A DNA stretch of 32,000 bases from Demequinaceae bacterium (GCA_965250005.1 OZ252279.1:1530001-1562000); one strand, 5' to 3'; shown: positions 1-10,455, numbered from the stretch's first letter. Translations and numbers: made by a program. Notes: a model not told the origin generated them from the letters alone.

Positions 1-6
1 CCCTAT

Positions 7-603
7 TTGGAGCTCATCGCGGGCGCGAACGGCATTGCGGACCCACTGGACGACCGGGTGGTTGAGGCCTACTGGATCGGCAATGGGTTACTCGATCGAG
101 TGGGCGCCACGTTGATGGGTAACTCCATGGAGGATCGCTTCAAGCGGCGCGCGGGGCCAGCCTGGAAAAGGCTGATCGAGGCGGTGCCTGCGGGTGCGGT
201 GCCACATCACTCGTTTCACGTTTTTGGCGTCTATCCCTGGCTTGGATTGCTGCGCGAGGGTGGACGGGCAGAGCCCCTCAAGGTACTTGATCAATGCCGG
301 ATTCGCTGGGGACAAGTGATCGAGATCATGGGCGACCGTGCGCTGGTGCGTTCGCGTCCGCTCGCGTGGGACGGACGTCAGTTGACCGTGGGACCTGCAA
401 AGTTGGAGAAGGCAGTGCTGGGAATGGGTGGACACAGTCTGGCCGGGATGCCCGCGCCCGGCGACTGGGTGTCGCTGCATTGGGATTGGGTGTGCGAGCG
501 CATCAACGCGGTGCAACTCATCAACTTGCGCGATTACACGATGAGCCAGCTCGCCTGCATCAATTCCCTGGCCTTCTCGGCGCCCGCGACAGTGCTTTCG
601 TAA
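7..603 (+). CDS. DUF6390-like protein (hydrogenase-cluster-associated hypothetical)
   Basis: Complete 198-aa ORF; sequence resembles the DUF6390 family seen near actinobacterial NiFe hydrogenase genes (recalled, not searched). Confidence 0.6.
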   Translation: MELIAGANGIADPLDDRVVEAYWIGNGLLDRVGATLMGNSMEDRFKRRAGPAWKRLIEAVPAGAVPHHSFHVFGVYPWLGLLREGGRAEPLKVLDQCRIRWGQVIEIMGDRALVRSRPLAWDGRQLTVGPAKLEKAVLGMGGHSLAGMPAPGDWVSLHWDWVCERINAVQLINLRDYTMSQLACINSLAFSAPATVLS

Positions 604-628
604 ACGGATCACAACCTAAGGAGCAACC

Positions 629-919
629 ATGCATGACCCTCATGAAGCCCTCAGCACCGCGGCGGTGGTGGGCACGAGCATGCTCGCGATTGGCGGCGTC
701 GGAGCAGTCCTGCGCTACGCCACCGCCAAGGGTGTCAGGATCCCAGTCCTGCTTGCAGGATCGACCGGCGCTGGTCTTCTTGTCGCGCACGGCCTCGAAG
801 CGCCGATACTCGGAGCGGAAATTTTCTCCGTCGCGGGCCTCGCGATAGTAGCCTCATCCGCGGTCGCGCTCACTTGGTTGTCTCTCCCCTCGCGTAGATT
901 GAGCCGCGCGGGTGCGTAA
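629..919 (+). CDS. Small hydrophobic membrane protein
   Basis: 96-aa ORF with two to three hydrophobic segments, AAGGAG-like Shine-Dalgarno upstream (ctaaggagcaacc), same strand as and 26 bp after the preceding ORF. Confidence 0.6.
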   Translation: MHDPHEALSTAAVVGTSMLAIGGVGAVLRYATAKGVRIPVLLAGSTGAGLLVAHGLEAPILGAEIFSVAGLAIVASSAVALTWLSLPSRRLSRAGA

Positions 920-963
920 CCGCTACGTGGGCGGGTGACGAAAGCGCGCCGGGCAAGCAAAAA

Positions 964-987
964 GGCCCGGCTCCTGCGCGCCGGGCC
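964..987 (-). terminator. Rho-independent terminator of the leftward DsrE-like unit
   Basis: GGCCCGGC ... GCCGGGCC hairpin followed on the minus strand by a T-tract (aaaaa on the plus strand before 964). Confidence 0.75.
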
Positions 988-1005
988 CCTCGCTAGAAAG
1001 TTGCG

Positions 1006-1551
1006 CTAGATGAACAGCGTCTGCGCGTCTACTGACAGATCCATGAAGTCGGCCGCCGTGATGATGTCTTCGACGTCATCGCGCAGGTCGTTCATGCCAA
1101 GCCCCTGCATGTCGGCACTCATCTGGCAGCCCCACAATCGTCCACCTGCGGCCGTGATCTGATCGAGGAAGTCTGGGACGGGCGGGATACCTAGGTCCGA
1201 AATAGACTTCTCCATCATCTTGGTTGCCATGGGCTGCATGCCCGGCCAACCCGCCATCCATTGAGGGAAGCGGATGTCTCCCACAGGGAGATGCATCGCG
1301 GTGTTGCCCACGGGCGTGAACTTGAGGTTGTGCTGCCTCTTCTTGTGAATGAGGTCGAAGCCCCAGAAGGTGAAGAAGATCTCGACGTCGATGCCCTCGA
1401 CCAGTGCGGCGTTACCGAGCACCAGGCCCGGGTACGCCATGTCCAAGTTGCCCTTGGAGCAGATGAGAACGAGTTTGCGGTCGCCCCCGTCGTCTCCGAA
1501 GTCAGGGACAATCGTCTTGGTCTTCGGCTTGCTTGCTGTTGCAGTTGCCAT
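1006..1551 (-). CDS. DsrE/DsrF/DrsH-like family protein
   Basis: 181 aa from MATATASKPK; LVLICSKGNLDMAYPGLVLGNAALVEGIDVEIFFTFWG and GGRLWGCQMSADMQGL are typical of DsrE-like sulfur-transfer proteins. Confidence 0.85.
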   Translation of the reverse strand: MATATASKPKTKTIVPDFGDDGGDRKLVLICSKGNLDMAYPGLVLGNAALVEGIDVEIFFTFWGFDLIHKKRQHNLKFTPVGNTAMHLPVGDIRFPQWMAGWPGMQPMATKMMEKSISDLGIPPVPDFLDQITAAGGRLWGCQMSADMQGLGMNDLRDDVEDIITAADFMDLSVDAQTLFI

Positions 1552-1567
1552 GGTTTCCTCTCGTGGC

Positions 1568-1882
1568 TCAGACGCAGCCGGCTGGCTTGGGCAGTCCTGC
1601 GACGTACGCCATCTTCTTGGCGGGCTTCTTGGGGAACAGTTCAAACTGGAGCTTGACGGGGAAGCCGCCAACGGTGTTGACGCGACGTGTGGTGGCGGTC
1701 GCACCCTGGGCCTTGTAGTCGTCGCGCAGGAAGTGAATTAGGTCCCACGCCTGCTCGTTCAACTCGATGCCGATCTGTGAGGCGAGTTCAGCGCCCAGCT
1801 CGTCGTCCCATTCGTCGTACTCGGTGAGGAACCCCTCATCGTCTACGTGGACCTCGCGGCCCTTGAGTGTTGTCGTGGCCAT
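1568..1882 (-). CDS. TusE/DsrC/DsvC-family sulfur relay protein
   Basis: 104 aa, ends AGLPKPAGCV, the diagnostic DsrC/TusE C-terminal arm with penultimate Cys; internal NEQAWDLIHFLRDDY. Confidence 0.88.
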   Translation of the reverse strand: MATTTLKGREVHVDDEGFLTEYDEWDDELGAELASQIGIELNEQAWDLIHFLRDDYKAQGATATTRRVNTVGGFPVKLQFELFPKKPAKKMAYVAGLPKPAGCV

Positions 1883-1895
1883 GATGTGTCCTTTC

Positions 1896-3161
1896 TCAGG
1901 CCGGGGTGGATTCTTTGGACTTTGCCCGTGTGGGTTGCCGCTTGCCCTTCATGGACATGTGTGGAGACATAGGGATGTAGCGCCCTGGGAGCAACAGCGC
2001 CCAATACGCGAACCGGAAGGCGAGCTTGCCCACGTGGTTTAACCACGTCTCCTTGAGCAACTTCATGGGGCCGATGCCAGCAATGGGAAAGCTCCCAGGA
2101 AGGGGCTCGGTCTCGTAGTTGAAGTCGATGAGCATTCCCTTGCGGTCACCAGACTCGATGAAGCAGGTTGCGTGGCCGTCGAAACCTTCGGTCATAGCGC
2201 GCCCGTTGACGTGATCCACAAAGTTGTCGGGGAAAAGGTCAAGCTGGAAGTGCGCGACGGCCCCCGCCTTCGAGGTGGGGATGTTGTTGGCGTCGCCGAT
2301 CGCGAAGATGTTGTCGTGCTTGGTGGAGAGCAGAGTGTGCTTGTCGACTGGCACGTAGTTGAGGTCGTCGCCTAGTCCCGACTTGGCCAGAAAGTCCGCT
2401 CCCATGTTGAGCGGGATGGTGACAAGCAGGTCGAACGGAACCTCGCGTTCGTCGTACGAGACGAGCGATTTCCTGCCCTCGTCTATGCCCTCGATCATGT
2501 AGTCAGACTCGAGGGCGATTTTGCGATCGCCGAGCATGTCGCCGAGAGCGGCCGCGGCCACAGGCTTGGTAAATGCGCCGGGCAGCGGAGTCACATATGT
2601 GAGCTCGACCTGGCCGCGCATACCTCTCTTGGTGAAGTAGTCGTCCGCGAGGAACACAAACTCGAGCGGTGCGACAGGGCACTTGATCGGCATCTCGGTT
2701 ACGTGCACCACGACCCGGCCGCCCTTGAACCCGGCAAGCTTGTCGCGAAGGGCAACGGCGTCGTCGTACGTGTAGAAAGACTGGATGCTTTCGTGCCAGA
2801 GTTTCCCGTCCATGCCGGGAGTCTGGTCGGGGCGAGGACTCGTTCCAGTGGCAATCACTAGGTAGTCGTAGGCGAGAACATCGCCGTTGTCGAGCACCAC
2901 CTGGTTGCTTTCGGCCTGCACTAGGTCGACCGCGGCGTGGACCAGTTCGACACCTTTGGGGATGAAGCGCTTGGTTGCCTTCTTGAGCTGCTTCTCTTCA
3001 TATGTTCCGAATGGAAGGAAGAGGTACCCGGGCTGGTAATAGTGGGTGGCGCTGGGGTCAACAACTGTGATTGACCACTCGCTACGGGGCAGCTTCTTGC
3101 GCAACTTGTTGACGGCGATGGTGCCCGCTGTTCCTGCGCCGAGGACCACTAGATTCCTCAT
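1896..3161 (-). CDS. FAD-dependent sulfide:quinone oxidoreductase-like protein
   Basis: 421 aa from MRNLVVLGAGTAGTIAVNKLRKK (Rossmann GxGxxG), YLVIATGTSP, PIKCPVAPLEF, FAIGDANNIPTSKAG; typical SQR/FCC-type flavoprotein. Confidence 0.85.
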   Translation of the reverse strand: MRNLVVLGAGTAGTIAVNKLRKKLPRSEWSITVVDPSATHYYQPGYLFLPFGTYEEKQLKKATKRFIPKGVELVHAAVDLVQAESNQVVLDNGDVLAYDYLVIATGTSPRPDQTPGMDGKLWHESIQSFYTYDDAVALRDKLAGFKGGRVVVHVTEMPIKCPVAPLEFVFLADDYFTKRGMRGQVELTYVTPLPGAFTKPVAAAALGDMLGDRKIALESDYMIEGIDEGRKSLVSYDEREVPFDLLVTIPLNMGADFLAKSGLGDDLNYVPVDKHTLLSTKHDNIFAIGDANNIPTSKAGAVAHFQLDLFPDNFVDHVNGRAMTEGFDGHATCFIESGDRKGMLIDFNYETEPLPGSFPIAGIGPMKLLKETWLNHVGKLAFRFAYWALLLPGRYIPMSPHMSMKGKRQPTRAKSKESTPA

Positions 3162-3189
3162 GATGAACTCCTTTGCCAGTGTCACCCTG

Positions 3190-3205
3190 ATACCCTCCAG
3201 GGTAT
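3190..3205. promoter_or_regulatory. Candidate CsoR/CstR-like operator upstream of the SQR-like gene
   Basis: ATACCCTCCAGGGTAT: perfect 7-2-7 inverted repeat, 29 bp upstream of the SQR-like start codon. Confidence 0.55.
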
Positions 3206-3474
3206 GTATATTGAGCATGCCCGCTGAGGGACTTTCGTCCCGTGGGTCTGGATCCCGGCGTTGGGATTCGCCTTGCCGGACGGCGTGGGTCGGAGAAGGA
3301 ACTACAACCCACGCCGTGGGACCAGCGCGGTACCGGTCATCGGTACTGGCAAGACCGGCAACGCCGAAGCGATTCAACTGCTTCGACCCGAACAAGAGTG
3401 ACGGCGGCACCTGGCGCCGGCCCTTAGTGCGAATCTATGGCCGTCGCCGGGACCTGAGAGGGGACTTACGGCCT

Positions 3475-3490
3475 ATACCGGTAGGGGTAT
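3475..3490. promoter_or_regulatory. Second candidate CsoR/CstR-like operator
   Basis: ATACCGGTAGGGGTAT: same 16-bp ATACC-N6-GGTAT architecture as 3190-3205; overlaps the ATG of the 3489 ORF. Confidence 0.4.
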
Positions 3491-3737
3491 GAATGCAGTT
3501 GCGCGAGAACTCTTCTACCGTAGGACACGTGGCGGCCGAGGTCCAAAGCTTGGGTCGGCGGGTGACGACGCGGATTTCACGCTCGGAACGGAAGAACGTC
3601 TCACTGGCGCCGAACTCGCCGCGGCACTGCGGGCAATCGCCATGGCGCGTGTCCCGCACTATTTGTCGTGGATCGCGGTCCCCGAGCCCGGAAACACGAG
3701 AGGGGCGTCCGGTTGGCGGACGCCCCTCTCGCTGTGA
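3489..3737 (+). CDS. Hypothetical small protein
   Basis: 82-aa ORF beginning inside the candidate operator and ending in the terminator hairpin; no recognised domain. Confidence 0.35.
   Translation: MNAVARELFYRRTRGGRGPKLGSAGDDADFTLGTEERLTGAELAAALRAIAMARVPHYLSWIAVPEPGNTRGASGWRTPLSL
3697..3731. terminator. Strong bidirectional terminator-like hairpin
   Basis: CGAGAGGGGCGTCCG-gttgg-CGGACGCCCCTCTCG, perfect 15-bp stem with 5-nt loop between converging genes. Confidence 0.75.
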
Positions 3738-3745
3738 ACCAACTG

Positions 3746-4663
3746 CTATTCGTCGGCGTCCTCCGTCGGCTCGTCAGCGTCGGCTGCCTTCGCCTTCGCC
3801 TTGGCCTTCGGCTTGGCCTTCGGCTTGGCTGGCGCTTCGGGTGCTGGCGCCGGAGTGTTCTTGCCTCGGTTTGCGACCAAGAAGCCGATTAGGCCCGCGA
3901 GAGCGACTCCGAGGACTCCAAGAACCACCCAGATCCACGCGGGAATTGAGCCGGAGTCAGCGCCGTCAGCCGCGGGCTCAGTGTCTTCAACGGGTGTTGC
4001 TGACGGTTCGGGGGATGGAGTGACTGACGCGACGGGCTCGGGTTCCGGCTCGGGCTCCGGCTCCGGCTCCGGCTCCGGCTCGGGCTCCGGCTCCGGCTCG
4101 GGGGCCGGTGGAACAGCCATACCTCGCGCGTATGGAGCGTCGGTTTCGGTGAGCATGTTCCACGTGACGGTGTTGCCGCTCACGGAACCGTTCGATTCAA
4201 GCACGGGACCAGGGAACGTGACCTTGAGAATCGCCTGTCCGCCCTCGTCGCGAGCGAGATTCATTGTGGTCTCGTCAAGGTCATCAGGGTCGACGCCGTT
4301 AACTATGAACTGGTCGCCGCCGACACGCTCAATCTGCAACTCCCACGCCTCATCTGCCACGCCAGCGAAACTCGCGAGAGGCTCGTTCGCCAGCGTGAGC
4401 CTGCCGCCGTCCCAGCCCGCCTCGCCAAGGTCAGAGGTTGTGCCACCGCTGAACTGGGCTGCGATGTTCGCGATATCGAGCCCTAACTCGGTGTAGTCCG
4501 CCACTCCAGTTTCGTCGATCTTCACTTGCGTGGACGCCAGAATAATAGTTCCGTCGACCGTGTTGTCCTCTTGAAGGACGTAGGTGGCGTCCTGGCGAAG
4601 GCATCCTGTAAGGGCCAGAGCTGCGACGGCCGCAACAGCCACGAGCCTGAGAGTTCGAGACAT
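3746..4663 (-). CDS. LppM-like membrane lipoprotein with Glu-Pro repeat linker
   Basis: 305 aa from [40 protein letters not shown]; lipobox LTGC, (EP)n linker, C-terminal TM helix and Lys/Ala-rich tail. Confidence 0.8.
   Translation of the reverse strand: MSRTLRLVAVAAVAALALTGCLRQDATYVLQEDNTVDGTIILASTQVKIDETGVADYTELGLDIANIAAQFSGGTTSDLGEAGWDGGRLTLANEPLASFAGVADEAWELQIERVGGDQFIVNGVDPDDLDETTMNLARDEGGQAILKVTFPGPVLESNGSVSGNTVTWNMLTETDAPYARGMAVPPAPEPEPEPEPEPEPEPEPEPEPEPVASVTPSPEPSATPVEDTEPAADGADSGSIPAWIWVVLGVLGVALAGLIGFLVANRGKNTPAPAPEAPAKPKAKPKAKAKAKAADADEPTEDADE
4035..4105. repeat. Hexanucleotide tandem repeat (GGCTCC/GGCTCG) encoding (Glu-Pro)n
   Basis: Direct reading: ggctcgggttccggctcgggctccggctccggctcc...; encodes PEPEPEPEP... 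on the minus strand. Confidence 0.9.
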
Positions 4664-4727
4664 CGTTATCTCCTTTGTGGTGGTATTACCCCAAAGTACT
4701 CCGGGCGGCGCTCGAGCGCGAGGACAA

Positions 4728-5945
4728 CTAATTGGGCGCGTCGGCCCCTTCGTGGACATCGTCGCGTATTCCGGTCCGGAGAATGGGAAATATCGCGAAG
4801 GCGACGACGGCCACGAGAATGGCAGCGCCCCCGGCGAGCGTCAGTCCTGCACGGGCGTTCGTGGATTCAATTAGGTACCCTGCGGCCCAGGCTCCGGCCG
4901 CGACGCCTGTCCCGATGCCGATTCGCAACCACGCCATACCCTCAGTCAACTGGTCGGACTTCACCGCGCGCTGGATGATGTTGTCCGTTGACGTGATGGT
5001 CGGGGCGATCACAGCTCCGGCGAAGAATCCGACCACCGAGAACAACACCAGGTTGGGCATGCTCGTCATGGTCGAGAAGCCAACGGCGACAAGGGTCGAG
5101 CCAATGACGAGCCTCAAACGCAGCGGCGTTTTCCATTCACGGGATCCGTAGACGAGCCCGCCAAAAAACGAGCCGAGTGCGAGTACGCCCAAGACCAGTC
5201 CGGCCTTGTCCTTGGCGCCAAGCTCCTCGGCAAACGCGATGGTCGATATGTCGATTGCGCCGAACATGAGACCCAGCGCGGCGGCGACGAGGGCAACGGC
5301 CCACACCACGGGCGGAATCCTCCACCCAAGTCCCGTGCCACCGGTATCGCGGCGCGCAGGTGGCTCCGTACTGCGCTGGGGGAGCAGGATCGTCATCCCG
5401 ATAAGCATTCCGGCGGACGAGACCACTAAACCGAGTGGGGCGTAGACCACGGTGGCGAGGATGGTCGCAAGCGCGGGCCCGGCGATGAACAGCACTTCGT
5501 CCAGTGCCCCCTCGAGCGAGAAGGCCGTGTGAATGTCCTTGTCGGACTTGAGAATGTACGACCATCGAGCGCGCGTGAGCGAACCTAGCGGCCCGGAAAA
5601 CGCCGCCAGAACAGCGCCGAGAACCAACCACGCCTCGGACCCATGATTCATCGCCGTGGTGATGGCGAGGCTGACTCCGAGCAGATGAACGATGGTCAAC
5701 GGCCACATCGCTGCGCGCTGGCCCACTCGGTCGGACCATCGGGCGGTGGGGACCGTTTGAAGAGCCCAGGCCACGGTGCTGATGGCCGCGACGCGCCCGG
5801 CCATTTCGTAAGAGTTGTACTGGATCTGAACCATCAAGATCAAGCTGATGTTGAACATCGAAATAGGCAGCCGCGACAGAAGCCCGGCGGAGGCAAATGC
5901 TTTGGCGCCGGGCTTTCTTAAGAGTTTGAAATAGATATCCAACAC
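4728..5945 (-). CDS. MFS transporter
   Basis: 405 aa polytopic protein, [15 protein letters not shown] motif between TM2 and TM3, 12 hydrophobic segments. Confidence 0.85.
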   Translation of the reverse strand: MLDIYFKLLRKPGAKAFASAGLLSRLPISMFNISLILMVQIQYNSYEMAGRVAAISTVAWALQTVPTARWSDRVGQRAAMWPLTIVHLLGVSLAITTAMNHGSEAWLVLGAVLAAFSGPLGSLTRARWSYILKSDKDIHTAFSLEGALDEVLFIAGPALATILATVVYAPLGLVVSSAGMLIGMTILLPQRSTEPPARRDTGGTGLGWRIPPVVWAVALVAAALGLMFGAIDISTIAFAEELGAKDKAGLVLGVLALGSFFGGLVYGSREWKTPLRLRLVIGSTLVAVGFSTMTSMPNLVLFSVVGFFAGAVIAPTITSTDNIIQRAVKSDQLTEGMAWLRIGIGTGVAAGAWAAGYLIESTNARAGLTLAGGAAILVAVVAFAIFPILRTGIRDDVHEGADAPN

Positions 5946-6021
5946 CAGCTCATGATCTCACCCTGCGCCCACAGGCGTGAACGTACTGGACACCGCTACC
6001 AAATGTGCCGCGCTTCTAGCG

Positions 6022-6073
6022 CGGACGACAGCGGGGCTGGGCCGCTTGTGCGGCCCAGCCCCGCTGTCGTCCG
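6022..6073 (-). terminator. Very long perfect hairpin downstream of the second LppM-like gene
   Basis: CGGACGACAGCGGGGCTGGGCCGC-ttgt-GCGGCCCAGCCCCGCTGTCGTCCG: 24-bp perfect stem, 4-nt loop, 6 nt after the stop codon of the 6080-6718 gene. Confidence 0.8.
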
Positions 6074-6079
6074 GTGCGC

Positions 6080-6718
6080 TTACTCTTCTGCTGCGCTCTT
6101 CGACTTGCGGTCCTGGAGCACGAGGAACGCGCCACCGCCACCAAGCACAATCAGGGCGAGGGCGATCCAGACCCAGCTAGGAATGCCTCCGCCTGCAGCG
6201 CCGCCGCCGATGGCGGAACCAGTGGCGGACATGTCGTACTGGCCGTCGGCGATGTTCCACGTCACGGTGTTTCCGCTCAGCGTGCCGTTGTGATCGGAAA
6301 CCGTTCCTGGGAACGTGATACTAATCCACGCTTCGACGCCGTCGAATGCGAACTCGTCCTCGCTACCGAGCGAGCCGGTCACCACATAATCGTCGCCGTC
6401 GCGAACGACGGAAAACTGCTCTTCGTCCGGCAGACTGCTCAGTGGCTCGTCCTTGAACGTAATTCGGGTGCCGACATAGCCGTCCTGCTTGTAGTCGGTG
6501 ACGACGGCGCTACCGAACTCCTCTCCAGGGTTTCCTCCACCTGTGAGGTCGTCAAGATTGCCATCCTCAGCGAATTCCTCGAGGAACGCGTAGACGATCT
6601 CACCGTTTACAGTTCCGTCCTCGTTCAGCGTGTACGCCTGCGTTACGCGGAAGCAGCCGCTGAGTGTCAAGGCGAGCACGATGGCCCCCGTGATGTAGCC
6701 CAGTGTCTTTTTCGTCAT
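6080..6718 (-). CDS. LppM-like membrane lipoprotein (paralog 2)
   Basis: 212 aa, lipobox [44 protein letters not shown]-terminal TM helix. Confidence 0.8.
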   Translation of the reverse strand: MTKKTLGYITGAIVLALTLSGCFRVTQAYTLNEDGTVNGEIVYAFLEEFAEDGNLDDLTGGGNPGEEFGSAVVTDYKQDGYVGTRITFKDEPLSSLPDEEQFSVVRDGDDYVVTGSLGSEDEFAFDGVEAWISITFPGTVSDHNGTLSGNTVTWNIADGQYDMSATGSAIGGGAAGGGIPSWVWIALALIVLGGGGAFLVLQDRKSKSAAEE

Positions 6719-6856
6719 GCTCTACCTTTCGTCGAGCGCGCGATGCGCTGCCAGTATACCCATCGTGGCACGGCATCGTTCCTGCGCAAGTGGTCGCGGC
6801 CAACACTCAGAAGATTCCCAGGAGAACTCGCACGCCCTCACGCGGACCGCCGCAAA

Positions 6857-7792
6857 CTAGAAGTGCAACCGAAACTCAGCCCAGTATTGGCGCTTGCGAG
6901 GATCTCTCTCGTAGCCCTTGACCTTGCGCTCGTTGTCGCAGAGATAGAGAAAGAAGCCGCCGAGCGTTCCGCCACCTGCGATCCACCAGCACAAACCTTC
7001 GCTGAACCAACCATCGTCGCCGGACGACGGCGAGCCGCCGGATCCGGAGTCAAGCGACGAACCGGAATCTGAGATGGAACCCGGCTCAGTTGTGGTGCTC
7101 GCCGCCAGGTCGCTGTAGGCGAACATCGTCGAGAACTCGCTGTCGAGATCCCAACTGACCGTGAACGGATTGACCTCGGTTCCGCTTGTACTCGTGATCT
7201 TGCTGGGCATATTCACGTGGAATTCGCGTAGCTGGTCGGGATAGCCCATCCCGAACTTGTTGAGGTCGAACGACAGTCCGGAAGTGGTTTGGCCCCACTC
7301 CAGGCCGCCTTCCTCGGCCAGCCCCAGGCCCGCGAGAATCGCCTCCAACTCTGGTGGGTTGGCGAAGTGCACCGTGGAGGTCACGCCGGCGAAATTCCCA
7401 TCGACGAAGACTTCGGACGATTCGAAGCCGAGGCCAAGGTAGTACTGAATGCAGCGCCCCCAATAGCCCTCTGCATCGCCAAAGGACGAGAGGCTGGAAT
7501 CTCCAGAAACGACGGTGTCCCACAGGTCCTTCTGTCCACCTTCGATGCGCGTGAGAGAGCCTGACCCGTCCTCCTCGAAGCGGACGTAGTCCAGGATCTT
7601 CACGCACTTCGCCATGTCTGTGAAGACGTACTCGGGTGCGCACCCCTCGAGGCCGAGGGTGAAGTCCATTCCGGCGAGGTAGTCGTCGTCGTTCGGGACT
7701 GCCATGCCGGAGAGCGTGAGGGCAGCGCCGCCCGCGAGGAACAGCGAGGAAAGTGCCTTTTTCAACACGCGGTCAACTGTGACATAGATCAC
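6857..7792 (-). CDS. LppM-like membrane protein (paralog 3, degenerate lipobox)
   Basis: 311 aa; VRFEEDGSGSL and NPFTVSWDLDSE parallel the other two copies; C-terminal TM segment followed by basic tail. Confidence 0.6.
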   Translation of the reverse strand: MIYVTVDRVLKKALSSLFLAGGAALTLSGMAVPNDDDYLAGMDFTLGLEGCAPEYVFTDMAKCVKILDYVRFEEDGSGSLTRIEGGQKDLWDTVVSGDSSLSSFGDAEGYWGRCIQYYLGLGFESSEVFVDGNFAGVTSTVHFANPPELEAILAGLGLAEEGGLEWGQTTSGLSFDLNKFGMGYPDQLREFHVNMPSKITSTSGTEVNPFTVSWDLDSEFSTMFAYSDLAASTTTEPGSISDSGSSLDSGSGGSPSSGDDGWFSEGLCWWIAGGGTLGGFFLYLCDNERKVKGYERDPRKRQYWAEFRLHF

Positions 7793-7808
7793 TATTGCGC
7801 GCCAGAGC

Positions 7809-9479
<1,671 letters not shown>

Positions 9480-9603
9480 GCGACCACTCTGGCACCCTGG
9501 GCTTGAGCAGCCAAGTCGTGCCGCTGTCACACGCCCCGAGCACCGCAGACCTGGCCCGGCAATTCTGCGTCTAGCACGCAGTCAGCGTGGCTAGTCTTGG
9601 AGG

Positions 9604-10455
9604 GTGGTTGCGAAGCGCAAGACGTCGCCCCCGTCAACGGACGCCGACGGGGATCGCCGTGTCGCGCGTACATCGCGCAAAAGGAACGCCAAGCCAGCGC
9701 GAGTTGCCGCGCTCATCGTCGCGGCGGACCAGGCCCGGCGGATCTCGGCCACGGTTCGTGGCGCGCTCGCGATACCCGCCGTCGACTTGGTGCTGGTGAT
9801 CGATGACGGCTCAACAGACAACACCCAAGAACTTGCGCGCATGGCTGGAGCAGTGGTGGTGAGACATTCGCATCACCGGGGACGCGCCGCGGCACTGGAG
9901 ACAGGAGTCTCGGTGGCGGGGATGCGCGACGAGCCAGGCAGAATGGGCCGTCACCTTCTGATTCTCGACGGTGGCCTAGGCAACTCCGCCGTTGGAGCAG
10001 CGCCACTTGTGCCGCCTGTAGTCGCGGGTGTCACGGACCTTGCGATCGCACTTACGGATCCGGCGAGTACGGGCCGCTCACCGGGGATGGCGGCGGCTCT
10101 AGCGCGCAAAGCGATCGAGCGCGCGTCAGGCTGGAAGCCGTCACAGCCGCTTTCGCGCATCCGGTGTATCTCACGAGAAGCACTTGAGGCGGCGTTGCCC
10201 CTATCGCGTGGCTCGGGACTCGACCCGGGGATGACACTTGACGTGCTGCTGTCGGGCCACACCGCAACCGAAGTGGAGTGCGACATTCGAGTGAAGCCGC
10301 CAGCCGCGGGCCTGCGTACACCGGTCATGCGATCGAGTCGGTACCGTGACGTGTTGGTCGCCATCAATGCACGCCGAATCCGCAGTGGATTCGAGGCGAC
10401 TCAGAGTGCCGTGGACGGGCGCATTTTGCGCCGCAAGTTGGAGGAGGACGAGTGA
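9604..10455 (+). CDS. Family 2 glycosyltransferase-like protein
   Basis: 283 aa, GTG start; VAALIVAADQARRISATVRGAL..DLVLVIDDGSTDNTQELARMAGAVVVRHSHHRGRAAALETG. Confidence 0.75.
   Translation: MVAKRKTSPPSTDADGDRRVARTSRKRNAKPARVAALIVAADQARRISATVRGALAIPAVDLVLVIDDGSTDNTQELARMAGAVVVRHSHHRGRAAALETGVSVAGMRDEPGRMGRHLLILDGGLGNSAVGAAPLVPPVVAGVTDLAIALTDPASTGRSPGMAAALARKAIERASGWKPSQPLSRIRCISREALEAALPLSRGSGLDPGMTLDVLLSGHTATEVECDIRVKPPAAGLRTPVMRSSRYRDVLVAINARRIRSGFEATQSAVDGRILRRKLEEDE

Noticed and set aside
4035-4105. Short direct repeats considered as a CRISPR-like array
   Set aside because: Contiguous 6-bp units without spacers, inside a coding region; no cas genes.
3801-4496. Plus-strand ORF with (GS)n repeats
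   Set aside because: Antisense reading of the (EP)n repeat in the LppM-like gene, which has a clear lipobox and SD; the Gly-Ser tract is a by-product.
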